Source of the DNA: Octopus bimaculoides
Taxonomy: Eukaryota
Direction: 5' to 3'
Length of the DNA: 33,010 bases
Assembly (NCBI RefSeq): GCF_001194135.2
Contig: NC_068991.1
Location: 77,862,253 to 77,895,262, forward strand
Shown here one piece after another: positions 1-10,398 of this stretch (the first letter of the stretch is position 1; every line of letters begins with the position of its first letter). A program made the position numbers and the translations under genes. A model generated the notes under the pieces. That model searched no databases. It worked only from the letters and a program-made list of their open reading frames with translations, and was not told the DNA's origin.

Positions 1-440
1 CAAAACACTTTCACCGAAAATTTTTGTATATTCGGAATCTACCTAATAAATAATATATGCATAGAAAATTTCATTAAAAAATATTCATTTTTCTGAAAGT
101 TATGACCTCCCAAAGTCGGTGGGGTACAACTCCGTAGTTATGCCTATCATGCATATATTAAGCGCTTTCTCGCCTCCGGTTAACATTTAACGGGAGATAA
201 CTTTGTAAAAAAAATGGGAGAGTTATTTCCCATTGAACCTGTCTACTTGTGGTTGTTGATCTGTGTGTGAGAATTCTGTTTTGGTCTTTTGAATAGATCA
301 GTCTTGGTGTAGCAATCAATAAGGATTTGATTAAAGACATTCCTACCATTATTGTCGGATTTTGTCTTTCTTTTCTCTCACGAATAATCATTTCTTCTTG
401 GTAAATCAAAAATATTTACAATAAATAACTGCTTTTTAAT

Positions 441-654
441 ATTCTTTCCTAATCTAGGTAAAAGGCCTGAAATTTTGGAGGAGGGGGCCAGTCGATTAGA
501 TCGACTCCAGTACGCAACTGGTACTTAATTTATCGATCCGAAAGGATGAAAGGCAAAGTTGACCTCGGCGGAATTTGAACTCAGAACGTAGCGGCAGACG
601 AAATACCGCCAAGCATTTCACCCGGCGTGCTAACGTTTCTGCCAACTCACCACC
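441..654 (-). mobile_element. tRNA-derived SINE, family A (GGCAGAATCGTTAGC head; octopus OR-like)
   Basis: Reverse complement matches the + copies at 685, 1874 and 4976 over the full length, including the B-box-like GAGTTCAAATTCC and the tail AAGTACCAGTTG..GTCGAT. Confidence 0.85.
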
Positions 655-684
655 TTGCTGTCTTTTAATATTAAACGTTATCAA

Positions 685-870
685 AGCTGGCAGAATCGTT
701 AGCGCGCCGGACGAAATGCCCAGCGGCATTTCGTCCGTCTTCATATTCTGAGTTCAAACTCCGCCAGCGTTGACTTAGCCTTTCATCATTTTGTGGGTCG
801 ATAAAAGAAGGGCACCAGTTGAACACTGGGATCGATGTAATCCACATACTCTCCTCCCACGAAATTGCTT
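685..870 (+). mobile_element. SINE family A
   Basis: AGCTGGCAGAATCGTTAGC...GAGTTCAAACTCC...GTCGATAAAA...ACCAGTTG. Confidence 0.85.
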
Positions 871-1087
871 ATGAGGAGGAGGAGGAGGAAGATAATGTCG
901 ATAAAGAATGAAGGCTGCTCTATGACATTAAAAAAAAACTTAGCGTCTTATCTTAGCAAGATTACTCGGCCAGTGGAATGTTATTTGTGTTTGACATTCA
1001 AAGAATTTGTAACATTTTTCTGTTGTTTCTTTTTTGTTTATTGATTTCTTTTGCAGAAACACATGATCGATTATTTTGAATGAAATT

Positions 1088-1278
1088 AGGGCAGTAAAAC
1101 GGCAGAATCGTTACGGCGCCGGAAAAAATGACGTACGGTATTTAGACCGGCTCCTTACATACGAGTTCAAATCCTATCAAAGCTAAATTTACCTTATATC
1201 ATCCCAAGGTGGATAAAATAAAATACCAGTCACATACTAGAGTCGATATAATCGATTGTTCCTTTTCTTCCAAAACTT
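1088..1278 (+). mobile_element. SINE family A (diverged)
   Basis: GGCAGAATCGTTAC...GAGTTCAAATCC...GATAAAATAAAATACCAG...GTCGATATAATCGA. Confidence 0.75.
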
Positions 1279-1873
1279 CTACGCATACTAAATTAGTCGC
1301 AGTTCAGACCGTATCGAATTGCGCATTTCCTTGTCGTAAATGTTATTTTTCTAGTTCGGTAACATCCTGCAACGTTATAAACATCGTCGTACACCATGGT
1401 GTGCAGGCCTGCTCGTTACATATGTACGAACTTATAAAAGGATATCAAATGACAAAAAAGATATGAGAAGATTCACGTCCTTCCACGTTATGCAGCACAA
1501 ATTTGAGGCAGAAAAAAAGAAACATGTCCACAATCGGGAACCCTACCACGTTACTGATTACAATATACAAAGCTTATCATTCTCATAATCATCATCATCG
1601 TCATCATTATCATCATCAAATCGTTCACTGCGTTATCTCACCCCCCCCCCNNNNNNNNNNCCCCCCCGCAAAACTTCACTTCAAAACTTCACTTCAAGTC
1701 AGCTGACAAGTTGGCGCTCCTCCTGCTCTATGCATTCTCCAGCAACGCATCTGCTTCACTCCTGACTCGTTAATAACAGTTCAACGGATGAAGAAACGAT
1801 CTTGTTTGAGGCATGTCGCTTCACCATAAAATTATTTCTGCTACATTATTTCTTTATTATTACCATCACATGC

Positions 1874-2081
1874 GAGGCGGCGAGGCGGCAGAATCGGTAG
1901 CACGCCGGACGAAGTAATTAGCGTGTTTCGTCTGTCTCTTATGTTCTGAGTTCAAATTTCGCTGAGGTCGACTTTGCCTTTCAGAGTCGATAAATTAAGT
2001 ACCAGTTGCGTACTGGAGTCGATCTAATCGACTGATTCCTCTCCAAAGATTTCGGACATTGTGCATAGAGTAGAAAAGAAT
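1874..2081 (+). mobile_element. SINE family A (near full length, CpG-rich)
   Basis: GAGGCGGCGAGGCGGCAGAATCGGTAGCACGCCGG...GAGTTCAAATTTCG...GTAGAAAAGAAT. Confidence 0.85.
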
Positions 2082-2114
2082 CGTTAGCACAGTGGTTTTT
2101 AACTTTGACACAAG

Positions 2115-2273
2115 CAGCGCTACCTTAAGGCATGGGTCCCTAAACCCTCAGAGTTCTAGGGGCGCAATTCTGATTGACCTATGTTGGGACTTGCTGTAAA
2201 AAAAATAAATATTACCAAAGGGCCCAGTGCATTGGTTTTCCCGGGGTCCTGTAATGCTGCCAAGACGAATCTG
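2115..2273. mobile_element. hAT-type MITE (159 bp) with 8-bp target-site duplication
   Basis: Begins CAG and ends CTG. Flanked by GACACAAG (2107-2114) and GACACAAA (2274-2281), a 7/8 match. GGGCCC/GGGTCC-rich subterminal sequence; the TIRs are strongly degenerate. Confidence 0.55.
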
Positions 2274-2984
2274 GACACAAAAGCATACATTTTCGGGGAG
2301 GGTTAAAGTCAAATCGATGATCGACTCTCATTAGAAGCGAAAAGTACAACGACGCAGTTAAATACTCCACCGATTATGCAAATCAAGCTGAAATAATACC
2401 ATGGAAAATAGCATTCAATTCTTAAGACTGACTTAATTGTGCTTGTAAACACATTTTCTCTTTTTCTTTTTCCAATTTAACCTCCAAAGAAAACAGATTT
2501 GCTTAAAAGCCTCTTACAGCGAATCAACAAATCTGCAGACAACCAATACCATATTTATACGGAAATAGAGACAAAAGGCTCGGTAATATCTGTTTTGTTT
2601 GATATTCAATGACGACTAAACTGGTCAAACCAGTAAAACAATCTTTGAGCCAATTATGAGAAACTTCAATTGTCTACAGCTCTTAGTCATTTCCTCAAAG
2701 CGACGATGTCCTTGATTCGTACAAAACAGCTTTGAATGTCAAGAAATGGTCAGGGGCGGTAACTCATTCCTGCGTATGTTCAGGGTCTTTAGAAATGAAA
2801 CGTCATTATCAACGTGGCCGCACAACCTGCTAGAAATAACAGTTAAATATCACTCAAATCCCCCGAGAGCGTTTTAATTAAGGAAAAGACACATAGCAAA
2901 AAGCACAAGATGACATCAGTTGCTGCACCTTTAATCATAGATCTTGCTCACCTTCACCTGAGATTATCCGAGGCTAAACAACAA

Positions 2985-2985
<1 letters not shown>

Positions 2986-3046
<61 letters not shown>
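2986..3046. repeat. (CA)n microsatellite running into an assembly gap
   Basis: Direct observation. Confidence 0.95.
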
Positions 3047-3984
3047 NNNNNNNNNNNNNNNNNNNNNNNNNNNNNNNNNNNNNNNNNNNNNNNNNNNNNN
3101 NNNNNNNNNNNNNNNNNNNNNNNNNNNNNNNNNNNNNNNNNNNNNNNNNNNNNNNNNNNNNNNNNNNNNNNNNNNNNNNNNNNNNNNNNNNNNNNNNNNN
3201 NNNNNNNNNNNNNNNNNNNNNNNNNNNNNNNNNNNNNNNNNNNNNNNNNNNNNNNNNNNNNNNNNNNNNNNNNNNNNNNNNNNNNNNNNNNNNNNNNNNN
3301 NNNNNNNNNNNNNNNNNNNNNNNNNNNNNNNNNNNNNNNNNNNNNNNNNNNNNNNNNNNNNNNNNNNNNNNNNNNNNNNNNNNNNNNNNNNNNNNNNNNN
3401 NNNNNNNNNNNNNNNNNNNNNNNNNNNNNNNNNNNNNNNNNNNNNNNNNNNNNNNNNNNNNNNNNNNNNNNNNNNNNNNNNNNNNNNNNNNNNNNNNNNN
3501 NNNNNNNNNNNNNNNNNNNNNNNNNNNNNNNNNNNNNNNNNNNNNNNNNNNNNNNNNNNNNNNNNNNNNNNNNNNNNNNNNNNNNNNNNNNNNNNNNNNN
3601 NNNNNNNNNNNNNNNNNNNNNNNNNNNNNNNNNNNNNNNNNNNNNNNNNNNNNNNNNNNNNNNNNNNNNNNNNNNNNNNNNNNNNNNNNNNNNNNNNNNN
3701 NNNNNNNNNNNNNNNNNNNNNNNNNNNNNNNNNNNNNNNNNNNNNNNNNNNNNNNNNNNNNNNNNNNNNNNNNNNNNNNNNNNNNNNNNNNNNNNNNNNN
3801 NNNNNNNNNNNNNNNNNNNNNNNNNNNNNNNNNNNNNNNNNNNNNNNNNNNNNNNNNNNNNNNNNNNNNNNNNNNNNNNNNNNNNNNNNNNNNNNNNNNN
3901 NNNNNNNNNNNNNNNNNNNNNNNNNNNNNNNNNNNNNNNNNNNNNNNNNNNNNNNNNNNNNNNNNNNNNNNNNNNNNNNNNNNN
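3047..3984. other. Assembly gap (N run); others at 1651-1660, 9366-9491, 13014-13204, 14390-14511 and 31458-31481
   Basis: N runs, nearly all flanked by microsatellites or homopolymers; their content is unknown. Confidence 0.99.
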
Positions 3985-4123
3985 CGTGATATGCACGGAT
4001 CCGGGTTTCTAGGTATTTACCCATCATCAGTGCACGACAGTCACCGGTCATCGATGCGAAGGGGGGGTGCGTGTGTGAGTGTGTGCACTTATGAATGCGT
4101 ACCTGCGTATGCTTATGCGTGTG

Positions 4124-4168
<45 letters not shown>

Positions 4169-4739
4169 CTATGTACGTATTATAGAATTAGTCTTCATTG
4201 GGATTTCATGTTTCGCCAGGTATTTTATTGAACTCGACCTGTTCAATCGTAACGGACCCTTCGAAGCTGACGTAACGCTTTCGTTTAACCGACAGAAAAG
4301 GGGGAAAAGTGAACTTGACACATAGCTTCGTGTTCATGGCTGAAAATAAAGGTGTTTCTGCTGTTTAGTGAACCATAAACACACAAAACCATGTGATCGC
4401 CCCGTTCAGCATCTTCCAGGAACACAGTCAAACGAAGTCTACCCAAAGGGTCGAACGGTCAAAAGTGATAAAGAAAAGAAGAAATAAAGAAATTTTTTTT
4501 TTTTTTTTTTTTTACACCTAAACAAGGGAAATAACTCCAGTATTTCATAAAGTTTGAAACTTATTTTCGTTGATTAGAAACAGTCGTTTTAATTGCTTTG
4601 AATAGAATGAGCCGCGGCAGTTGTTTCGACTAAAACATAACGGGAGATGTAAGAAAGTCTGTAGTTTGAGGACGGAGGAGGGGAGGTTAGTCGATAACAA
4701 CGATCCTTGTATTTGACTGGTTGTTTTTTTTAATTTTTT

Positions 4740-4860
4740 ATTTTATCGACCTTGAGGGAATTAAAAAGCAACGATGACTGCCGGGATTTGAACTCAGAAA
4801 GTTAGTAGCCTGAGGAAACACCGCAAGATATTTTTCCGATGCTCTAACGATTCTCCGAGC
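4740..4860 (-). mobile_element. SINE family A, partial and diverged
   Basis: TTTTATCGACC...GATTTGAACTCAGAA...CTAACGATTCT is the reverse complement of the family A head. Confidence 0.7.
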
Positions 4861-4975
4861 CTTATAGGTTCGTACAACAAAGGTTTCTAATTTAAGCAAA
4901 TGGCTTGAACTTTTGAGGGAATGAGTTAATCGATACTTTTCCCATATCAGTATTAGATTGGCTCTTAACAGCTGC

Positions 4976-5153
4976 CAGCTGGCAGAATCGTTAGCCTGCC
5001 GGATAAAACGCTTAGCGGCATTTCGTCCGTCGACTTTGCTTTTCATCCCTTTCGGGGTCGATAAAATAAATACCAGTAGAGCACTGGGGTCGATGTAATC
5101 GACTTACCCTCACCCCGGAATTGCTGGCCTTGTGCCAAAATTTGAAGCCAATC
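4976..5153 (+). mobile_element. SINE family A with internal deletion
   Basis: AGCTGGCAGAATCGTTAGC...GGGGTCGATAAAATAAATACCAG...GGGGTCGATGTAATCGAC; the B-box segment is missing. Confidence 0.8.
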
Positions 5154-5175
5154 TTAGATTCGTTCTTTAGTTTCT

Positions 5176-5265
5176 CGAAAGGCAACATTGACCTTGGTGG
5201 AATTTGAACCCAGAACGGGAAGAACCGCAGCAAACACCGCAAAACCCTTTGTCTCACGATTCTCT
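5176..5265 (-). mobile_element. SINE family A fragment
   Basis: GAAAGGCAACATTGACCTTGGTGGAATTTGAACCCAGAACG...ACGATTCT. Confidence 0.6.
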
Positions 5266-5404
5266 CCACCCCCGGCTTCGGGATGCCATTTTATGAAAAG
5301 AATGGAAGAAGGAGATTCAGGAATTAGGTGACAGCACTGTGTAGTGTGTAAAAGAGACAACTTTTACGAAAAGAATCACTATGTGTGTGTGTGTGTGTAT
5401 CCGC

Positions 5405-5652
5405 TGTATAAGGTTGTGGGGTTTGAACTCTTGAAATAGGCGGCGTGTTGTGTCCTTGAGCAAGGCACTTCATTTCTTGTCGCCCAAATCTTCTTGGCTG
5501 TAATGAGTTCTGGCGGGACAGTGCTTCTATTCTTTTCTCCCTCTAGTGGTCATCTTGCATATTTCGCTTTGTCAAGAGAGTAAGTCGGCCGATGGAGAGT
5601 CTAGTCTGCTTGCGATACAGTAACCAAGCCAACTCGTGAGTGACAGCAGCTG

Positions 5653-5736
<84 letters not shown>

Positions 5737-5810
5737 CTAATGGTCACGTTTGGAAAGCCTTTTACCCTTACCGTTATTCGATCAGAACTAACCAGGAGGT
5801 AAACAATAGC
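5405..5810 (+). mobile_element. CORE-like SINE remnant with internal (GT)n(GA)n microsatellite
   Basis: GTGTCCTTGAGCAAGGCACTTCATTTC (CORE-like block). The tail GATCAGAACTAACCAGGAGGTAAACAA resembles 20728-20752. Confidence 0.45.
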
Positions 5811-7029
5811 ATCGCAGCCTTTCAAAGATCTCTTTCATGTATTTACATTAAAACACTTCACCATTCTGATGAAAGTAAAAGCTTCAGAAGTGTATTGCTC
5901 TGTCAATTGCTTTATATTGAAACCGTTGGCTTTGCACGTCACCCCTTAATTAACTGTTTCCACTTGCGTATTTCTGGTAGATAGCCCGAATATATTTTGA
6001 CTGGACATCGCCCACATCAGTCTAATCAGTAAGTGTGAGATAACAGAGGTCATATGAACTGTTTTTTCTCGCTTGACAAACATTTTTCTTTTTTGATCAA
6101 ACAAAATGCACTTCATTTTACACCTGCAAAGAATTTTACTTTAGTGTTTAGAGTTCTTTCCCCTTGTTATAATCACCAAATTACAAATGTAGAAATAGGG
6201 AAAATTAAGTAGATTGATATATTGATATAATAGAAAGATATGATTTATGTCTTCTTTAAGAGGTTATCCATGATGAAGGCTGGAGGGTATATTAGCCGAA
6301 ACGTTGTGTTAACAACAAACAAGATGAGGACAAATATCCATCAAATGTAAATAATGTAAATAATGTACATAATTTCTCATCTCTTAAATATAGAACTGTA
6401 AATAGTATCAGTTTATAAATGGTATACCAGATCCAGCATGGTACTTTACCAAAATGTTCTCGTGCTTTCAACACTTGTCACAGATCTCAGCAAATTACAA
6501 TGCAAGTAGCTGCGCGCTCACTCAACCTTCGAGAAATAGCAGCCAAATCTCACAAAAACGACACTCTAACCATCTTAAAAATGGAGTCATACAGTTCTGG
6601 ATACAATGTGGCTATTAAAAGATGTTTTTGAAAAAAAAAGGAGGAAATTACGTTTGAATCAAATTTCGTCATAGGCCTGCTGGATCGTGAGTCAACACAA
6701 GCTGACTTCGACCTAAACTAGATCAAAACCCTAATTAATTCAAAACTAGCTCCGATTAGTATGATAAATAGTCACGTTTAAGGAAATTTTATCGTTTGAA
6801 GGTTTAAGACTCGACACAACAAAAGTAACAGAATAGAAAATAAACTGACGTGATATTTATTGCTTTTTAAACCAAATCACGTTTGTCCATCCAGGATTCA
6901 CAGATTTGTCTGTTGTCTTTTACATTTGTTAGTCTATGGTGATGCTTAGTGCAATAGTTTTCTAAATTTGATGAAGGGCTTTGCCTCAATCATAATATCT
7001 TTCCTTTTCGTCACAGCAAAGAAATATCT

Positions 7030-7397
7030 AGAAAGGCTTGTCAGTCCACCTCATGGCCCCATTAAACAAAATGGAAAAGGCGTAGCACCAGAGGATGGCA
7101 TGGAAGATGTGCTAGAACAGCCCCTCTGATTCATGGGGTTCGCACTTATGGAGAGCCATCTCTGCCCTGACAGCAGTGAGCAAGGATTTGGTCGGAGAAC
7201 CAAAAACGCCGGAGGCTTCCACTGTTAAACACCTGTCAGAGAGTGGCCAATATTCTGGCCTTTTTCCTTTCTCGGCAAGACGAGCAGCGGAGACTGGGCT
7301 GGTACACACCAAGCTGCCACTGGAGAAGATTTCAGAATGTGACATCCCTGATGAGGTGCCTACCATTATGGTACCCGAAAGTTGTCATACCATTAGG
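7030..7397 (-). mobile_element. CRE-clade non-LTR retrotransposon relic, distal half of the RLE endonuclease C-terminus
   Basis: Minus strand reads GMTTFGYHNGRHLIRDVTF*, then after a frameshift SPVSAARLAEKGKRPEYWPLSDRCLTVEASGVFGSPTKSLL...EPHESEGLF*HIFHAILWCYAFSIL. This fits the remembered CRE-type RLE tail (DGMT.FP...G..LIWD.T; AA..AE..K..KY; VET.GVFGP). Confidence 0.8.
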
Positions 7398-8109
7398 CAG
7401 TGGTGGCTCGTGTATAGGAACTTACGGAACTGCAGCACCCTCTATTTCCACTTGATATTATCGATAACATTCAATATAATGAGTCCTTGTTTTCTTTAAT
7501 TCTTTCTTTATACTTGAACATTATATAATCCTTAAGCTTAATACCAGTAACCATCCCCTAGTTTATGTAAAAAAATACAAAAATCCTTATATAGAACTGT
7601 GCACTTCACAGTTCCAGCGACATGTTGTTTGGCTGTTGTGCACATGCTCACATGTCTGAGATAGGAAGCTTCACACTAGGGAGAGAGAGCACTGTGTGAA
7701 CAACAGTGCTGGGTGAAAGGTAGTGTTTCTTTTTGATTCCACGTGTGTTGGGCTTAAAAACGTGTTTATATTCTTGAATGTGATAAAGAGTAGCATCAGG
7801 TTATTATCCTGCTTCCAGCTTCAGTGTTACTGCCAGGATTTGAAAAATAAAGCACATCCCCCCTCACACTCACACACACTCATTTTGTGATTTGTGGGGG
7901 GTGGATTTTTGAAAAACAAGGGGGAATTCGCAATGGTGTTCAGTGAACAAATTAAACACACTCCCCAGCAGTGGCTAAAACGCGAACCGATCAAGTTTAT
8001 GTATAAATTTTCTTTTTATATGTTTGTTTCCTTTTACACAATATTTAAACAACAGCTAAACATTTTCTGAAGCAGCACCACCACTAATTTCATCCACGAG
8101 CCGCCCCTG
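7398..8109. mobile_element. Non-autonomous hAT-type DNA transposon (712 bp) nested in the CRE relic
   Basis: 15-bp TIRs CAGTGGTGGCTCGTG and revcomp CAGGGGCGGCTCGTG match at 13/15. The 8-bp TSD is CCATTAGG (7390-7397) / CCGTCAGG (8110-8117), 6/8 with both differences transitions. No transposase ORF. Confidence 0.85.
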
Positions 8110-8420
8110 CCGTCAGGCCTTTTACCATCTCCTCGGTTTAGCTGAGTAGGCTCAAGCTGGGAAGGGAAGTTTGAGGCGTCTAGGCAATGGTTTATGATTT
8201 TGTTAAGGGCAGCAGGACATGGAAGGTAACCAGCACTATGAAGGCCGAAAGAATCCACAATGGATCTGCAGCAAGAGGCTTGCAGATCCAGAGGTCAAGT
8301 CTTAGGGGAAGGCCAATTCGCAGACCGTCGCTATCAAGCTGTGTGCCAGTCGAAATTGATGGCATGGCATTGATCCAGGCAGGTGGCAAAGATGCATTGA
8401 TTCTTATAACAGAAAATGGT
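8110..8420 (-). mobile_element. CRE-clade non-LTR retrotransposon relic, zinc-knuckle remnant and proximal RLE
   Basis: Minus strand reads AWINAMPSISTGTQLDSDGLRIGLPLRLDLWIC, then after a frameshift VDSFGLHSAGYLPCPAALNKIINHCLDASNFPSQLEPTQLNRGDGKRPDG. The LEP..L.RGDGKRPDG motif is characteristic of CRE-type elements. Confidence 0.85.
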
Positions 8421-8592
8421 AATGAATGTCTTCACAGTTTCTTTTCTCTTTTCTCCCCAAAACCAGAAAGCTAGAATAACGAATGGATTAATTCTTTTTT
8501 TTTTTGCAGCTTTTTTGTCATCCCCCCCACACACACACACAATAAGCTTTGATGGTCATTCCTCTTGAATTTACATGTAAATAGTCATGAAA

Positions 8593-8740
8593 GTATGTGG
8601 TCAAGTGGTTAGGGTGTTAAGTTCACAGCCATAAGATCCTGAGTTCAGTTCCTCAACAGGAGGTACACTGTATCCTTAAACAAAGCATTTCTATTAGCAT
8701 GGTTCCAATTTCCTCAGCTCTATTGAATGCCAGCCATGTT
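8593..8740 (+). mobile_element. Degenerate tRNA-derived (CORE-like) SINE head
   Basis: GTGGTCAAGTGGTTAGGGTG (A-box-like), GAGTTCAGTTCC (B-box-like), then GTATCCTTAAACAAAGCATTTC. Confidence 0.45.
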
Positions 8741-9692
8741 CCGGGGCAGCCATTTCTTCCTTCAGCCATCATATCCTCAGCATTTCACTGTATCAAGGGT
8801 GAAAGGGCTGAGAGGTTATCTCTGGCCACCCCTGCCCCGTAGGCACCTAAAAGAAATAACAAAAGCATGGTAAATACAACCAAGTCAAACTCTCCTGTGA
8901 GTGACCACTGGCTAGTTTGAGTTCAGCTGGACCTGGTTCCCATTGGTTTGCATTGTGTCATGCATAACGGTGTCGTTAACATCGTTTGCTTAATTCAAGT
9001 GAAAGCTAATTAACCTTTTGCCTGTCAATGATGATGGGATTATGTGATAAAGTTATAATCTTTATTAGATTACTAACTCAGGTAAGTGACTCCACCTGTA
9101 GCACTGAGAAAATTCAGTTGAGTTACTGTGTTTACAGATGCAAGATTGAGGTTGGTTTGCCAGAAGGTTGTCTCACCCATCCATGACTTTCAAGCATTTT
9201 AACATCCAACATTATGAGGGAGTCGTCCCCCAAGAGCTATGCCACAGCAAACTGGCAAACAAACAAAACAGATACAGTGTGCATGCATGATTGATAATGT
9301 TTACAACAGCATGGTCACAGTTAAATGACTGAAACAAATAAAAGAATAAAAGTATATATACATATNNNNNNNNNNNNNNNNNNNNNNNNNNNNNNNNNNN
9401 NNNNNNNNNNNNNNNNNNNNNNNNNNNNNNNNNNNNNNNNNNNNNNNNNNNNNNNNNNNNNNNNNNNNNNNNNNNNNNNNNNNNNNNNNNNTATATATAT
9501 ATATATATATATATCAAATGGTCTGTCTCTGAAAGAAATTCAAGCCACCCCAAGAATGGGAAGACTTCTCAAAATTTAAGGGTTCTAAGCCTTTTGTTTT
9601 GAGAAGGACTCAACAAATACTCATGGGCCCCTTCTTGTCTGTCTGAGCCCCAATCTGCTGTACCAGTTGAACCCTCCCTCTTATAGACTCAG

Positions 9693-9772
9693 TATACATA
9701 CATAAATACATACATACATACATACATACATACATACATACAGATATACATACATACAGATATACATACATA
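9693..9772. repeat. (TACA)n tetranucleotide microsatellite
   Basis: Direct observation, with TACAGA/TAAA variants. Confidence 0.9.
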
Positions 9773-10139
9773 GACATTTTTTATGAGCTTATCTCATCAA
9801 TATTTTTTGACATTACACAGAACAATATAGTTTTATTAGAAGAGAATGGTTATCATGGCAGGTCAGTCATGATACACTGATATGACAATTGCACTCAGAC
9901 AATGCAACATTATACAGTGGTGTATACCAAAATGTTGGTAACATAATCTGTGCCCAGTTATTTAAAGAATTTCAATACAAGCAGTGACAGAATGAGTCAT
10001 TACAAATCAATTGGAAATGTTTTTGTAAACTATATATTCTGGAAAGTTTAATATGCTAATCATCTGCTTCACAAGACTGAATTGATAAATAAAATACAGC
10101 AGCTTCCACACTTTGGTGGATGGTTTCTCAGGATTAGAA

Positions 10140-10342
10140 ACCTTAAGGTCAATAGGACATGCCTCAAAATGTTAGTAACAAGAAAGGATAAGATTTTCTG
10201 ATATCTGGGATGTGCCCTTATTTATAAGTCAATGACTAGGTCCTGGTACTTTGTTAATTTCTCTATACTTCTTATATTGACTTTCTCATCATTTGGGACT
10301 GTAAAGTCAATTACCTGGCACTTTCTATTCTCTTTATCTACA

Positions 10343-10398
<56 letters not shown>

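Noticed and set aside
158-409. 83-aa minus-strand ORF and the adjacent transposon-end-like sequence at 1-150
   Set aside because: There are no recognisable motifs or splice signals, and the region is cut by the window edge, so it cannot be classified.
2910-4325. Long ORFs in the track (359, 390, 340 aa, etc.) and other HT/CV/YI/poly-E/poly-T ORFs across the window
   Set aside because: They are artefacts of N runs and microsatellites, with no real coding content.
4230-4470. CpG cluster with TGACGTAA and a short ATG ORF MAENKGVSAV* (4336-4368), a possible promoter or first exon
   Set aside because: The donor (AAG|GTGTTT) is weak, no downstream exon can be linked, and the whole 1-7 kb region is CpG-retaining.
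6971-7499. Signal-peptide-like ORF MKGFASIIISFLFVTAKKYLERL..EQPL* (6971-7129) ending CTC-TGA-T, whose +1 frame continues as the 107-aa ORF 7176-7499; this resembles an antizyme-type programmed frameshift or a novel gene
   Set aside because: The long frame is the antisense shadow of the CRE endonuclease on the minus strand and runs on into the hAT element. There is no antizyme similarity, and the site is not UCC-UGA.
7425-7557. Minus-strand exon-like segment with a good acceptor and a GTAAGT donor; similar ones at 9177-9251 and 13423-13771
   Set aside because: Stop codons occur in all three frames, and the first lies inside the hAT element. They cannot be supported as coding exons; non-coding use cannot be judged from sequence.
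8262-8289. Hairpin GGATCTGCA-10nt-TGCAGATCC
   Set aside because: A short stem inside decayed CRE coding sequence at a frameshift/deletion site, with no independent sign of function.
9070-9086. CTAACTCAG|GTAAGT, resembling a recursive-splicing ratchet point
   Set aside because: The branch-like CTAAC is too close to the AG, the pyrimidine tract is poor, and no host intron is established.
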